Shown: one piece after another, positions 26,029 through 37,760 of the stretch
Layout: each line of letters begins with the position of its first letter
Position numbering within the stretch: position 1 is the stretch's first letter
Assembly: GCA_002269645.1 (NCBI GenBank)
Contig: NIVC01004647.1
Location: 1 to 39,585, forward strand
Direction: 5' to 3'
Length of the DNA stretch: 39,585 nucleotides
Source: Macrostomum lignano
Lineage: Eukaryota
The notes under the pieces: generated by a model
What the model saw: only the letters and a program-made list of their open reading frames with translations
Told to the model about the DNA's origin: nothing
Database searches by the model: none
Translations under genes and position numbers: made by a program

Positions 26029-29000
26029 ATGTCGGAGTCTCCAAGCGTCGCACCCTTAGTTGGTGACATCGGCTCGATAACCCAATCGATGCTTGACCGC
26101 TGGGGCCTGTTTAGCCTACTGGACGCTGAACTGCTCAACCGGGTTGCCTTCGCTTTTGTCTACGGAGCCAATGGCAACGAGGCTGTGTTAGTTACTGGGG
26201 ACGATTGCGTATATTGCATCGGCAACGGGACCGCGGGTTAGTGTGTACTTTTGTTGTATCCCCTCTCTCCCTGTGTCCATCTATGTGCCCCCTCTCTCCC
26301 TGTGACCCCCTCTCATGTGTCCCCTCTATGCCCCCTCTCTCCCCTAATCTCCACCCTCTTTTTCTCCCTTACCCTCCATCCTGTCTCTATTCCCTCCTCC
26401 CTTCTTATTGTGATGAATAAATTCGGGACGTAATGCTGATTAATCAACAATTGATTGACCGCAAATCAAATATATCTGATGCTTCACTAGTACAATATTA
26501 GCTAATTTAAATGGTTGCTACGCGAAAGTATATCAATATCAATAGTAATCTCGCTACACTGTACTCTAATCTTTCTAGGCCCCGGCATAATCTCCGAAGC
26601 GCACCTGAATGTCCCTGGCGGCCTGGCCGTTCAACTTGACGCCCTGTGCGGCTGTCGAGTAGTTGAATTGGCCAGCGGCAGCGGGCCGCACCTCCTGGCC
26701 CTGACTGACAGCGGAGATCTGTACACCTGGGGCAGCAATAGTCATTGCCAACTAGGCAACGGCAATACTAATCAACTGCTGCAGCCAACCCTGTCCAGCC
26801 TGCTCAAGGTGTGCAGCATCGCCTGCGGCGCCAGTCATTCCTTGGCGCTAACACAGGACGGCGAGGTCTACGCTTGGGGCTGCAATAACTGCGGACAGGT
26901 GAGGGAAATTCTTTCGCTGGCTAATCTCCTCTCTCTCTCCTGGCTAATCTCCTCTCTCTCTCCTGGCTAATCTCCTCTCTCTCCTGGCTAATCTCCTCTC
27001 TCTCTCTCCTGGCTAATCTCCTCTCTCTCTCCTGGCTAATCTCCTCTCTCTCCTGGCTAATCTCCTCTCTCTCTCTCCTGGCTAATCTCCTCTCTCTCTC
27101 CTGGCTAATCTCCTCTCTCTCCTGGCTAATCTCCTCTCTTTCTTCTGGCTAATCTCCTCTCTTTCTTCTGGCTAATCTCCTCTCTTTCTTCTGGCTAATC
27201 TCCTCTCTTTCTTCTGGCTAATCTCCTCTCTTTCTTCTGGCTAATCTCCTCTCTTTCTTCTGGCTAATCTCCTCTCTTTCTTCTGGCTAATCTCCTCTCT
27301 CTCTCCTGGCTAATCTCCTCTCTCTCTCCTGGCTAATCTCCTCTCTCTCCTGGCTAATCTCCTCTCTCTCTCCTGGCTAATCTCCTCTCTCTCCTGGCTA
27401 ATCTCCTCTCTCTCTCTCCTGGCTAATCTCCTCTCTCTCCTGGCTAATCTCCTCTCTCTCTCCTGGCTAATCTCCTCTCTCTCTCCTGGCTAATCTCCTC
27501 TTTCTTCTGGCTAATCTCCTCTCTTTCTTCTGGCTAATCTCCTCTCTTTCTTCTGGCTAATCTCCTCTCTTTCTTCTGGCTAATCTCCTCTCTTTCTTCT
27601 GGCTAATCTCCTCTCTTTCTTCTGGCTAATCTCCTCTCTTTCTTCTGGCTAATCTCCTCTCTTTCTTCTGGCTAATCTCCTCTCTTTCTTCTGGCTAATC
27701 TCCTCTCTTTCTTCTGGCTAATCTCCTCTCTCTCTCCTGGCTAATCTCCTCTCTCTCCTGGCTAATCTCCTCTCTCTCTCTCCTGGCTAATCTCCTCTCT
27801 CTCCTGGCTAATCTCCTCTCTCTCTCCTGGCTAATCTCCTCTCTCTCTCCTGGCTAATCTCCTCTCTCTCCTGGCTAATCTCCTCTCTCTCTCTCCTGGC
27901 TAATCTCCTCTCTCTCCTGGCTAATCTCCTCTCTCTCTCCTGGCTAATCTCCTCTCTCTCTCCTGGCTAATCTCCTCTCTCTCCTGGCTAATCTCCTCTC
28001 TCTCTCCTGGCTAATCTCCTCTCTCTCCTGGCTAATCTCCTCTTTCTTCTGGGTAATCTCCTCTCTTTCTTCTGGCTAATCTCCTCTCTTTCTTCTGGCT
28101 AATCTCCTCTCTTTCTTCTGGCTAATCTCCTCTCTTTCTTCTGGCTAATCTCCTCTCTTTCTTCTGGCTAATCTCCTCTCTTTCTTCTGGCTAATCTCCT
28201 CTCTCTCCTGGCTAATCTCCTCTCTCCTAGAGCTCTAGAAACAAGATGCGGAAGGAAAATACATTTGATAATCCAAAGCGAGTTTCCTTTTTTCTTCTGT
28301 ATACAGTGACCCGCTCTCCTGTCTCATCTCTCAGTCTAGTCTAATCGCCCTCCTTCCACAGGTGGGCTCGGGCACCACAGTCAACCAGCCTTCGCCAAGG
28401 CGCCTCGCCGGGCCGCTAACGAATCGTCGAATTCGCCGCGTCGGCGCCTGTCAATCCGCTTCGTTCGCCGTCAGCGTCGCCGGCGAAGTGTTCTCCTGGG
28501 GCTGCAACAAGCACGGCCAGCTGGGCATCGGCGGCGCGAGCGGCGCTAATCAGAACGTGCCAGTCCGATTGACGTCGCTTGAGCGTCGATTTATCGACAG
28601 TTTAGCCTGCGGCCAGAGTCACGTGCTGGCGCTCACGGACGAAGGCGAATTATGGGCCTGGGGTGCGAATTCGTTCGGCCAGTTGGGCCGCTTGGACTGC
28701 CGGTCGAATGGCGATAGCGGCAGCGGAGGGGGCGGCGGCGGCGGCTGCGGAGGCGGCAGCAGCGGCGGCTCCAACAATAACGGCAATAACGCGTTCACGC
28801 CGATCCGAGTGCTGCAACAGCGCGGCAGATTTATTGATATTGGCGCTATACATTATAGTCACACTTCGGCTGGCGTGACCGAGACCGGATTAGTGCTGGC
28901 CTGGGGTCTCTGCCGGGGCCAGCCGGTCTCCGCTCCCATAGTAACCAGATTCCTCAGCGTCAACGACGTGTTCGCCTGCATGTCGCATCCGCCAGTCACG

Positions 29001-32000
29001 TGCAAACGTTTAGACTTTAGTAAGTTTGTGTGTATTGTACACTGTATAGGTGAAATCGTTCGATATCGTTCTGATTCGCCGCTAATCCCACTCTGAGATT
29101 CGCCGCTACTCCCTCCCTGAGATTCGTCATTAATCCCTCCCTGAGATTCGCCGCTACTCCCACTCTGAGATTCGCCGCTACTCCCTCCCTGAGATTCGTC
29201 ATTAATCCCTCCCTGAGATTCGCCGCTACTCCCACTCTGAGATTCGCCGCTACTCCCTCCCTGAGATTCGTCATTAATCCCTCCCTGAGATTCGCCGCTA
29301 ATCCCACTCTGAGATTCGCCGCTAATCCCACCCTGAGATTCGTCATTAATCCCTCCCTGAGATTCGTCGTTAATCCCTCCCTGAGATTCGCCGCTAATCC
29401 CTCCCTGATATTTGCCGCTAATCACACCCTGAGATTCGTCATTAATCCCTCCCTGAGATTCGCCGCTACTCCCTCCCTGAGATTCGCCGCTACTCCCTCC
29501 CTGAGATTCGCCGCTACTCCCTCCCTGAGATTCGCCGCTACTCCCTCCCTGAGATTCGCCGCTACCCCCTCCCTGAGATTCGCCGCTACTCCCTCCCTGA
29601 GATTCGCCGCTACTCCCTCCCTGAGATTCGCCGCTACTCCCTCCCTGAGATTCGCCGCTACTCCCTCCCTGAGATTCGCCGCTACTCCCTCCCTGAGATT
29701 CGCCGCTAATCCCTCCCTGATATTTGCCGCTAATCACACCCTGATATTCGTCATTAATCCCTCCCTGAGATTCGTTGTTAATCCCTCCCTGAGATTCGTT
29801 GTTAATCCCTCCCCATATCCACCGCTAATCCCTGTAAAGTCTGAAGGCCGCGTGTTAAGCTGAGCGAGAAAATCAAACACGGGGCCCTAACTGGCCAGGT
29901 TAGCGATATATATATTTGAGGTTTTACGCGTACGGCATACATGACTCATGCGACACAAGATGTACATTTATAATATAACTCACTCGCCTATTTAGAACAA
30001 ATTGATAATAATATTGCGAGGCAATTACACTTCTCCCCAAAAAACGAAAAAGCTCAAAAATGCGGATTAAAAGGATAAGGAAAAAGGAATAAAACATTAA
30101 GGGTAAAAAACATTTGTCTCAGCCCTTAGCACCAGTTACCCGTCAAAACCCGTCAAACTCTGTAGCTGATAGGCTTGTCCTTGGCCGCTCTCGGGTGCGG
30201 CCTCTCAGCAATGCCGCGCTCCGGCGAGGCGGCGCCAGCGTCCGCTTCTGGTGGTGGGTCCTCGGTCGCTGTCAGAGGCCGGATGTGCGTCAGGTGGCGA
30301 GTGCATGTCCGGTCGCCTTGCCGCAGGACGTAGGAATCGCCTCGCCTGTCGGTGACGGTCCAGGGTTCGAGCTCGAAAGGCGTTTGAGTTTTCGTGCGTC
30401 TCGTCCGCTTGCGGAGAACCGCCGAACCCGGCTTGACATTGGCTGTCTTGGCCCTCCTGGAGCGGTTGAAAGCTGCTGCCATCTGGTTGTTGTAGGCCTC
30501 GTGACGCTTTGCGAGTTCGGCTCGGTCGTGCTGCACAGGCTGCGATGGTTGGATTGACGGGAGGCCGTCGTTGAGGGCTCGGCCCATGAGCAGTTCGGCT
30601 GGTGCCACGCCAGTTGCCGAGTGCGGAGTGACGCGATGAGCGAGCAGCCAGTCGTCGAGTGCGGTGCGCCAGTTGCGTCCTTCTGCGATGGCCGCTCTGA
30701 TGACCTTGTTGATGCACCTGTTGACTCGCTCGGTCGCTCCGTTCGCCTCTGGGTGCAGCGGACAGATCCGGCGATGCTTGATGCCGAACTCTGAGAGGAA
30801 GTTTGTGAATTCTGCCGAGTTAAACGGAGGTCCATTGTCGCTGACGATTTCCAACGGGATGCCGTATCTGCTAAACAGAGTCCGGAGATGCGGAAGCACT
30901 GCCTCTGCTGATGTTGAGCTGACTATGTCGACCTCGGGAAATTTTGAAAAGAGATCGGTTGTCACCAGGAGCATTTTCCCTTGGACTGGGCCGTAAAAGT
31001 CCATTCCAAGAACTAGCCATGCTCCGTCCGGAAGTTGCGACGGTGAGAGTGGTGGCGGTGCGAGGCTCTTCGGCGATGTCGCTTGGCAAGGGAAGCAAGA
31101 CTGGACGAACGTCTGGCAGTCGCTTCTCATCGCTGGCCACCAGACTTTGGTTTGCAGTCTGTCCATAGTTTTTCGGCAGCATTGGTGGCCTGCATGTGCC
31201 AGCTGGAGCACCGTCCGACGTAAGCTGCTCGGGATGACGATCAACGAGCTCCGTAGTAGCACGCCGTCATGTTCTGAAAGCTCCTGCTGCAGGCAGGACA
31301 AGGCTCGCAGTTCTCTGTTCTGCTTGTCCCATTGACCAGTTCGTAGAGCTGATAGAGCTGCTTGGATCGTGCCGTCTGACTTTGAAGCCTCCTGAATTGT
31401 TGCAAAGTTCAGTCCTTTCGAAGTAGAGCCGATGGCGACTGCGTTGATGAAGCGTCTGTCCAGGAGTTCCCCGGGGTTGTCCTTTGTCTGCATTTCAGGT
31501 TGTCTACTGAGGACATCCGCTGGATTCTGTGGCCCCGGCTGATAGATGAGCTTGAATTTGAGGTGCTGCACTCTTAAAGCCATCCGTTCAATCCTTGGTG
31601 GAGGCCTGGAACCAGGTTGAAAAAGCGGGACTAATGGGCGGTGATCCGTGATGACTGTGAGATCTGGGCAGCCGCTGAGGTAGTGCTCGAAACGTAGGCA
31701 CCCGAATTTCACCGCAAGCGCCTCGCGTTCAATTTGGGCGTATCGCTGCTCAACTGGCGTGAGCGACCTGCTGGCGAAGGCGACCGGTTTGCGAGCGCCT
31801 TTCTCATCCACCTGGCTGAGAATGGCACCCAGGCCGACTGGTGAGGCGTCCACATGAACTTCTGTTGGGAGATTCACGTCAAAGAAGGCCAGGACGCTCT
31901 CCTTGCAGATCGCTGCTCTTGTTTGCAGGAATGCTTCTTGTTGCCTTTCTGACCAGTACCATTTATGACCTTTTTTAGCAGTTCTCGCATTGGCTGCGTC

Positions 32001-35000
32001 AGATCTGAGAAGTTCGGAACGAACCTGGACAGGTAGGTGGCCAAACCGAGGAATGAGCGCAGCTCTGACACATTTGTTGGCTCCTTAAAGTCTTTGACGG
32101 CCTTGATCTTCTCGGCTGCAGGCTGAACGCCTCGTGCGCTGATGCGCATACCAAGAAAATCGATGAAAGGCTGTGCCAGACGACACTTGTTCGGGTTGAG
32201 TGTGATTCCATGGTCTTGTAGGCGCTTGAAGCACTGTTTTAGTCGGATGTTGTGCTCTTCCATCGTGCTCGCAAAGACAGTGATGTCATCGTGTGCCCAT
32301 CGGACACCGTCAAGGCCGCTCAGGAAGCCTGTCATAACCCTTTGCAATATCTCGGATGCGTTGGTGAATCCCATGCTGAGTCTGGTCAGTCGCATGAGAC
32401 CCAGTGGGGTGCTGAAGGTGAAGATGTGACGGGATTCCGGTTTGACGAGGATCTGGTGGAAAGCCTTTACGATGTCGAGCTCGCTGAATACCGTCGAACC
32501 CGCCATTTCGTCCGTGATCTCTTCAAAGGTTGGGATGGACTGCTTTTCTGGCACGGCAAATGAGTTGACGTCGCGCAGGTCTTGGCAGATGCGGATGCCA
32601 CTGCCTTCTTTCGGGACGACAACCATGCGGGAGACCCACGGTGACGGGCCGTTGACGCGCTCGATGATTCCTTGGTCGAGGAGAGCCTGAAGTTCCGCGA
32701 TGACCGCCGACCGCTGGTGGACGGGAACTCTGGAGGGTGGGTGACAGACTGGGACAGCTTCTGGTCGAAGACGAACGTCGACCTCGACGCCCTTAACGCA
32801 GCCAAGGCCTTCGAAGATTGACTGAAACTCACCAAGGATGCTGCTGATGCGGAGTTCGGTTGGAAGATCTTGGTCGACATCTCTGTACTTGGAGAACAGC
32901 TCTTGAATACCTGATGCGGCTAGATTTTCCGTGGGCTGCACCGAGTTGACTTCAACTGTTGGATGTTGGATGTGCAGAATTCCCATGTTGAAAGCGGTTT
33001 CTCAACCAAGTAGTGTGGTTCCACAGCCTTTGGTGATGTAGAATGAAGCTAGTTGTCTGCTAGCTGCGGTGCTCACGTTGAGGTCAGCGACACCCAGGAC
33101 TTGGAGAGGCGTTGTGGACCCGTAGCTGAAAATTGGATGGATGGCGCTGCGCAGTCGAACATTTCTTAGCCGCCGGAAGTTCTCCTCGCTCATGACGTTG
33201 CAACTGGCTCCACTATCCACGAGTACGATGAAGTCCTTGCCCTCGATCCTCAGATTAGTGTTGGCGGAGTTGCGTCTGGGTGCCGTTTTTTGCGACTGGA
33301 TAGTGAAAGCCTCCTCATTTAGCGAATCGTGATCGATGAAGACCCCTCAGCTTCTTTGTCCGCTACGGCGTTGATGCTGGAGCTTGTTTGAGGCCTGCGT
33401 TGTCTGCATGCTTTGGCGAGATGGTTTGGCTTGCCGCATGCCAGGCAGGTTTTGCCTTTTGCCGCGTTGCATGAGCTGTGCCCGCGTTCGCCGCATCGAT
33501 AGCAGCTGATTGGGCCGCTGTTTGCTTGGCCGCCAGGGACCCGCTGACTGTTCGGGCGCGTTCCGCTGTCTCTGAACTGCTTCGGTGCCGCTCTGTGCAC
33601 TGCTGCGATGCTACTGGAGTTCTCAATGGCCGTGGCCTGCTCTTCTGCTGCTTCAAACGCGCGCGCTTGTCTCAACGCATCGCCGAGAGAGATGTTGGAC
33701 TCCTGCAGTAATCTTCGCCGAAGTTTATCGGAGCAGCATGTGGCCACTATCTGATCTCTGATTAGGGAGTCCTTGAGTGCTGAGAACTCGCATGTCTCGG
33801 CCGCTGAGTTGAGTCGGGAGTACCAGGAGTCCACTGGCTCTCCGGTTTGCTGAACGCATAGACGAAACTGATAGCGGGCAAATACGATGTTGTTGCGCTC
33901 CTTGAAGTGCTCTTTTATTGCTGCGAGCAGAGTTTCGAGGCTGTCTTTCTTGTCATTTGGCAGGTCTTTAATGATTTGCGCGATTTCTCTGCCGGCCGTG
34001 TAGGCCAGGAGCTTGCACTTCTGAGTTTCGTCTTTGATGCCTGACGCTTCGATAAAGTCACAAAAATGATCGGACCATTTGTTCCAGCGTTTACCGGCAT
34101 TCTGCTGATCTGCACTAGTGCTGAATTGCTCAGGGGGTGGCAGTGAGATGAATTGAGCCATGAGTGACTGGACAAAGTGGGCTTGCTTGCGACGCCACTG
34201 TAAAGTCTGAAGGCCGCGTGTTAAGCTGAACGAGAAAATCAAACACGGGGCCCTAACTGGCCAGGTTAGCGATATATATATTTGAGGTTTTACGCGTACG
34301 GCATACATGACTCATGCGACACAAGATGTACATTTATAATATAACTCACTCGCCTATTTAGAACAAATTGATAATAATATTGCGAGGCAATTACAATCCC
34401 TCCCTGAGATTCGTTGCTAATCCCTCCCCTGAGATTCGTCGCTAATCCCTTCCCTGAGATTCGCCGCTAATCCGCCTGCGAACTTTGCTTCAGATCCATC
34501 GAAGATAATTTTAGTTTTAATCCGCCCTGAACAGGGATGCTAATCTGCCTGTATGAAAGCTCTGACTATCGCCCGTAAATTCTGCTTCCAGAGCCAAACT
34601 ACACCGTCAGCATAGCACAGAGCATTCAGTTGGCATTCAACGATTCCGCTACTAGCGACGTAACTTTCCAAGTGGACGGCAAGCTGATCCACGCGCACAA
34701 GAGCATTCTGCGAATCCGGTGCGACCATTTTCGCACCATGTTCAACGAGAATTGGAACCAGACACAGTCGGCGGGCGTGGTGAGAAATGCCGTTTTTGGG
34801 CGGAGAGAGTAGAGAAGAGACAGTAGAGACTAGAGAAGAGACAGTAGAGACTAGAGAAGAGACAGTAGAGACTAGAGAAGAGACAGTATAGAGTAGAGAA
34901 GAGACAGTAGAGACTAGAGAAGAAACAGTATAGAGTAGAGAAGAGACAGTAGAGAGTAGAGAAGAGACAGTAGAGACTAGAGAAGAGACAGTAGAGAGTA

Positions 35001-36442
35001 GAGAAGAGACAGTAGAGAAGAGAAGAGACAGTAGAGAGTAGAGAAGAGACAGTAGAGAAGAGACAGTAGAGACTAGAGAAGAGACAGTAGAGAGTAGAGA
35101 AGAGACAGTAGAGAGTAGAGAAGAGACAGTAGAGAGTAGAGAAGAGACAGTAGAGACTAGAGAAGAGACAGTAGAGAGTAGAGAAGAGACAGTAGAGAGT
35201 AGACAAGAGACAGAGAGCAGAGAACAGACAGTAGAGAGAAGAGAATAGACAAAGAAAAAAGAGAAGAGAGTAGAGAGTAAAGAAGAGACAGTAGAGACTA
35301 GAGAAGAGACAGTAGAGAGTAGAGAAGAGACAGTAGAGAACAGACAGTAGAGAGTAGAGAAGAGACAGTAGAGAGTATAGAGAAAAGAGCGGAATGAGCA
35401 AGAGACAAACTTCAGTCGTCACTACTTATTTCGCTAATAATTGGTCATGAATTTCCTAACGGCCACTGCACCATCCCAAATTGCATCGCAGATTGCGATT
35501 CGCGACTTCTCCTACCCAGTGTATTGGGCCTTCCTGGAATTCCTGTACACAGACAACGTGAATCTGTCCCCGGAAGAGGCCATCAGCCTGTTGGATTTGG
35601 CCAACTGCTATTGCGAAGCTCCGCTAAAAGCGCATTGCGAGAGGCTAATTAAAAACAGCATCACCATTGACAACGCCATGATGCTTTATTTAGCTGCTGT
35701 AAAATTCTCCGCTTCGGTAAGTTTAGCTGTGGTTTTTACAGAAATCCAACCAAAACTTTCATTGTCTACTTTTAGTAGAGCGTCAATCGGTTTTTTATTA
35801 AAACTGATTACTGATATTTAATTGGGAATTGTGGGGGTTGTGGAGTTTGTGGATTGTGGAGTTTCTGGATTGTGCAGTTTGTAGATTGTGGAGTTTGTGG
35901 ATTGTGGAGTTTGTGGATTGTGGAGTTTGTGGATTGTGGAGTTTCTGGATTGTGGAGTTTGTGGATTGTGGAGTTTGTAGATTGTGGAGTTTGTGGATTG
36001 TGGAGTTTGTGGATTGTGGAGTTTCTGGATTGTGGAGTTTCTGGATTGTGGAGTTTGTAGATTGTGGAGTTTGTGGATTGTGGAGTTTGTGGATTGTGGA
36101 GTTTCTGGATTGTGGAGTTTCTGGATTGTGGAGTTTCTGGATTGTGGACATACGAGTTTTGAAAGGTTTTTTAAGTTTCAAGTTAAGTTTCTGTAACAAC
36201 GTCTCCAAAATTATTTTTCAATTTTTATGCTTACTACTCTTAGTAGATTTGATATGCCGCTTTCGAAATAACCTATTAAAATTATCGGTACTATTTGACA
36301 GGAGCTTCAAAAGTTCTGCTTCGAATTCGCCATCCACCATCTGACTCGAGTCGTGTCCACCGAGGCCTTCGACGAGCTCGACGAGGCCACTCTGCGCTCC
36401 TTCCTGCGGCAGGCGGCCGCCGCAGGCGCTTTCAAATATTGA
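26029..36442 (+). CDS. RCBTB1: RCC1 and BTB domain-containing protein (RCBTB1/2 orthologue)
   Basis: Exons 26029-26236, 26579-26898, 28362-29019, 34592-34779, 35492-35716 and 36302-36442 are phase-consistent GT-AG joins. RCC1 repeats: [49 protein letters not shown] and ACGQSHVLALTDEGELWAWGANSFGQLG. BTB: SDVTFQVDGKLIHAHKSILRIRCDHFRTMF and FSYPVYWAFLEFLYTD. The C-terminus is AGAFKY*. RCBTB1 and RCBTB2 cannot be distinguished. Confidence 0.95.
26917..28230. repeat. Intronic minisatellite, 19-27-bp unit (CTGGCTAATCTCCTCTCTCTCTC, with a CTTTCTT variant)
   Basis: More than 50 tandem copies fill RCBTB intron 2, starting 18 nt after the donor. Confidence 0.97.
29072..29832. repeat. Intronic minisatellite, 24-bp unit (GAGATTCGCCGCTACTCCCTCCCT), left part; resumes at 34396-34475 after the retrotransposon
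   Basis: The same unit is present on both sides of the LTR element; explains the SQGGSSGE ORF. Confidence 0.95.
29833..30029 (-). repeat. 3' LTR (197 bp)
   Basis: Identical to 34199-34395 except one G/A substitution (GCTGAGCGAG vs GCTGAACGAG). Confidence 0.97.
30153..33340 (-). pseudogene. pol (protease-RT-RNase H-integrase), interrupted as assembled
   Basis: PR: VLVDSGASCNV. RT: SPWVSRMVVVPK, IRICQDLRDVN, FSELDIVKAFHQI, AHDD and FLG. RH: VHVDASPVGLGAILSQ and YAQIEREALA. IN: HAGH...CFPC, DFYGP, SDNGP and NGATERVN. There is an in-frame TGA at 33004-33002 and a -1 frameshift in the A run at 31976-31971. Confidence 0.95.
33319..34161 (-). CDS. gag with two C-terminal zinc knuckles
   Basis: ATG at 34161, 37 nt after the 5' LTR. 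Motifs: FARYQFRLCVQQTGEPVDSWYSRL, LIRDQIVATC, CYRCGERGHSSC and CLACGKPNHLAKAC. Confidence 0.92.
   Translation of the reverse strand: MAQFISLPPPEQFSTSADQQNAGKRWNKWSDHFCDFIEASGIKDETQKCKLLAYTAGREIAQIIKDLPNDKKDSLETLLAAIKEHFKERNNIVFARYQFRLCVQQTGEPVDSWYSRLNSAAETCEFSALKDSLIRDQIVATCCSDKLRRRLLQESNISLGDALRQARAFEAAEEQATAIENSSSIAAVHRAAPKQFRDSGTRPNSQRVPGGQANSGPISCYRCGERGHSSCNAAKGKTCLACGKPNHLAKACRQRRPQTSSSINAVADKEAEGSSSITIR
34199..34395 (-). repeat. 5' LTR (197 bp)
   Basis: Adjacent to the PBS and gag; contains TATAAA and TGAGTCA on the - strand. Confidence 0.97.
34803..35400. repeat. Intronic purine-rich minisatellite, 21-bp unit (GAGTAGAGAAGAGACAGTAGA)
   Basis: Fills RCBTB intron 4. Confidence 0.95.
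35825..36150. repeat. Intronic minisatellite, 16-bp unit (GGATTGTGGAGTTTGT)
   Basis: Lies in RCBTB intron 5. Confidence 0.95.
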
Positions 36443-37079
36443 CGAGCTTGGATTGAACTGGCTTCAGCTAATCAACCATAATGATAGAGACAGAATAGAC
36501 AAATTGCAATTAAGACTGTCTGCCACCAGAAACTCGTGTGCATTTTTCATTTAAGAAAATATAAAATCATTCTTTAAATAAAGTGCTGCCTTTTTATTTT
36601 TACACGTATTAATGCGCAAATTTTCCTTGCCCGCTACTTAGTAAGTAGTCAGTTGAAACGCGGCAACTCTTTTTACAATTTTTGTTCTGCCGTCTTTTTC
36701 CTGATAACAGCAGTCGCCTCTAGAAGATCAATGCTTGTAATTTTTTTTACTTTACAGACAGTTTTGGTTATTCTTTTGATTTCAATATTTTGCGTGCTTA
36801 CTATTGAACCCACGTGACCTATAAAATTATAACGAATGCTGAACGAATCTAGTGATTTACAGAAACAAAGACATTGGTTTTCTTTCCTAGATAGATATTC
36901 TACATAACTTCAAGAAGGATATCCCAGCTCCATTGCTGCTCTTCTAAAGCAACAGTTCACTCTGTCTCTACTAAGATTACTGTAAATACATGTATTACAT
37001 GTAGCATAATATACATTATTGATGTCATCTAGAAAAGCAATCTTAATGTTATTCTGAGTCTCTCTTTGAAGGAGAAAAC

Positions 37080-37620
37080 CTGAATCTCATTTTGGGGTCA
37101 TCCTGAATCTCACCTTGGAGGTCATCCTGAATCTCACCTTGGAGGTCATCCTGAATACTACCTTGGAGGTCATCAGCTGAATCTCACCTTTGAGGTCATC
37201 CTGAATCTCACCTTGGATTGGAGGTCATTCTGTATCTCACCTTGGTGGTCATCCTGAATCTCACCTTGAAATTGGAGGTCACCCTGAATCTCTTCTTGGA
37301 GGTCATCCTGAGTCTCACCTTGAAGGTCATCAGCTGAATTTCACCTTTGAGGACATCCTGAATCTCACCTTGGAGATCATCCTGAATCTCACCTTGGATT
37401 GGAGGTCATCCTGAATCTCACCTTGGATTGGAGGTCATCCTGAATCTCACCTTGGATTGGAGGTCTTCCTGAATCTCACCTTTGATGTCATCCTGAATCT
37501 CGCCTTGGAGGTCAAGTTTGAGATTCTAAATGTCATCCTTACGTGTAGATCTTCTAAGTCTCACCTTTCAGTTATTAAAAATCTCACTCATGACGTCATC
37601 CTAATTCTTACCTTTGAGTC
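37080..37620. repeat. Intergenic minisatellite, 24-29-bp unit (GGAGGTCATCCTGAATCTCACCTT)
   Basis: Tandem copies between RCBTB and PRKRIP1, degenerating towards the right. Confidence 0.92.
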
Positions 37621-37760
37621 TTAAATCTTACCTCTGATGTTAGATGCCAGTGCCACCTACTTTAGAGATGATCCTCCTTAGCATTCCATCTCATTCCTCG
37701 TTTGATTTTGTAAATCCTACCTGTATTGATCAAACTCGATTTGTAAAAAAACTTTTTTGC

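Larger units (their letters stand above)
29833..34395 (-). mobile_element. Full-length Ty3/Gypsy LTR retrotransposon (Mag-like), antisense in RCBTB intron 3
   Basis: Two 197-bp LTRs (TGTAA...TTACA). 5-bp TSD ATCCC at 29828-29832 and 34396-34400. PBS TGGCGTCGCAAGC next to the 5' LTR and polypurine tract GGGGAGAAG next to the 3' LTR. Domain order is gag(CCHC)-PR-RT-RH-IN. Confidence 0.98.

Noticed and set aside
28859-29737. 292-aa SQGGSSGE repeat protein on the - strand
   Set aside because: It is the antisense translation of a 24-bp intronic minisatellite that is split by the retrotransposon; there is no coding evidence.
30114-33711. Many + strand and alternative-frame ORFs within the retrotransposon (possible antisense or env-like genes)
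   Set aside because: They are shadows of GC-rich gag-pol with no recognisable domain, and there is no room for env between IN and the 3' LTR.
34742-36344. Cys/Leu-rich and Trp/Cys-rich membrane-protein-like ORFs
   Set aside because: Translations of the 21-bp and 16-bp intronic arrays in RCBTB.
12505-37620. Regular 20-37-bp repeats as CRISPR arrays
   Set aside because: The repeats are head-to-tail without unique spacers, there are no cas genes, and the context is eukaryotic introns.
37644-37760. Upstream ATG extending PRKRIP1 by 39 aa
   Set aside because: It lies in AT-rich, decayed repeat-edge sequence unlike the coding composition; the ATG at 37761 is preferred, though not proven.
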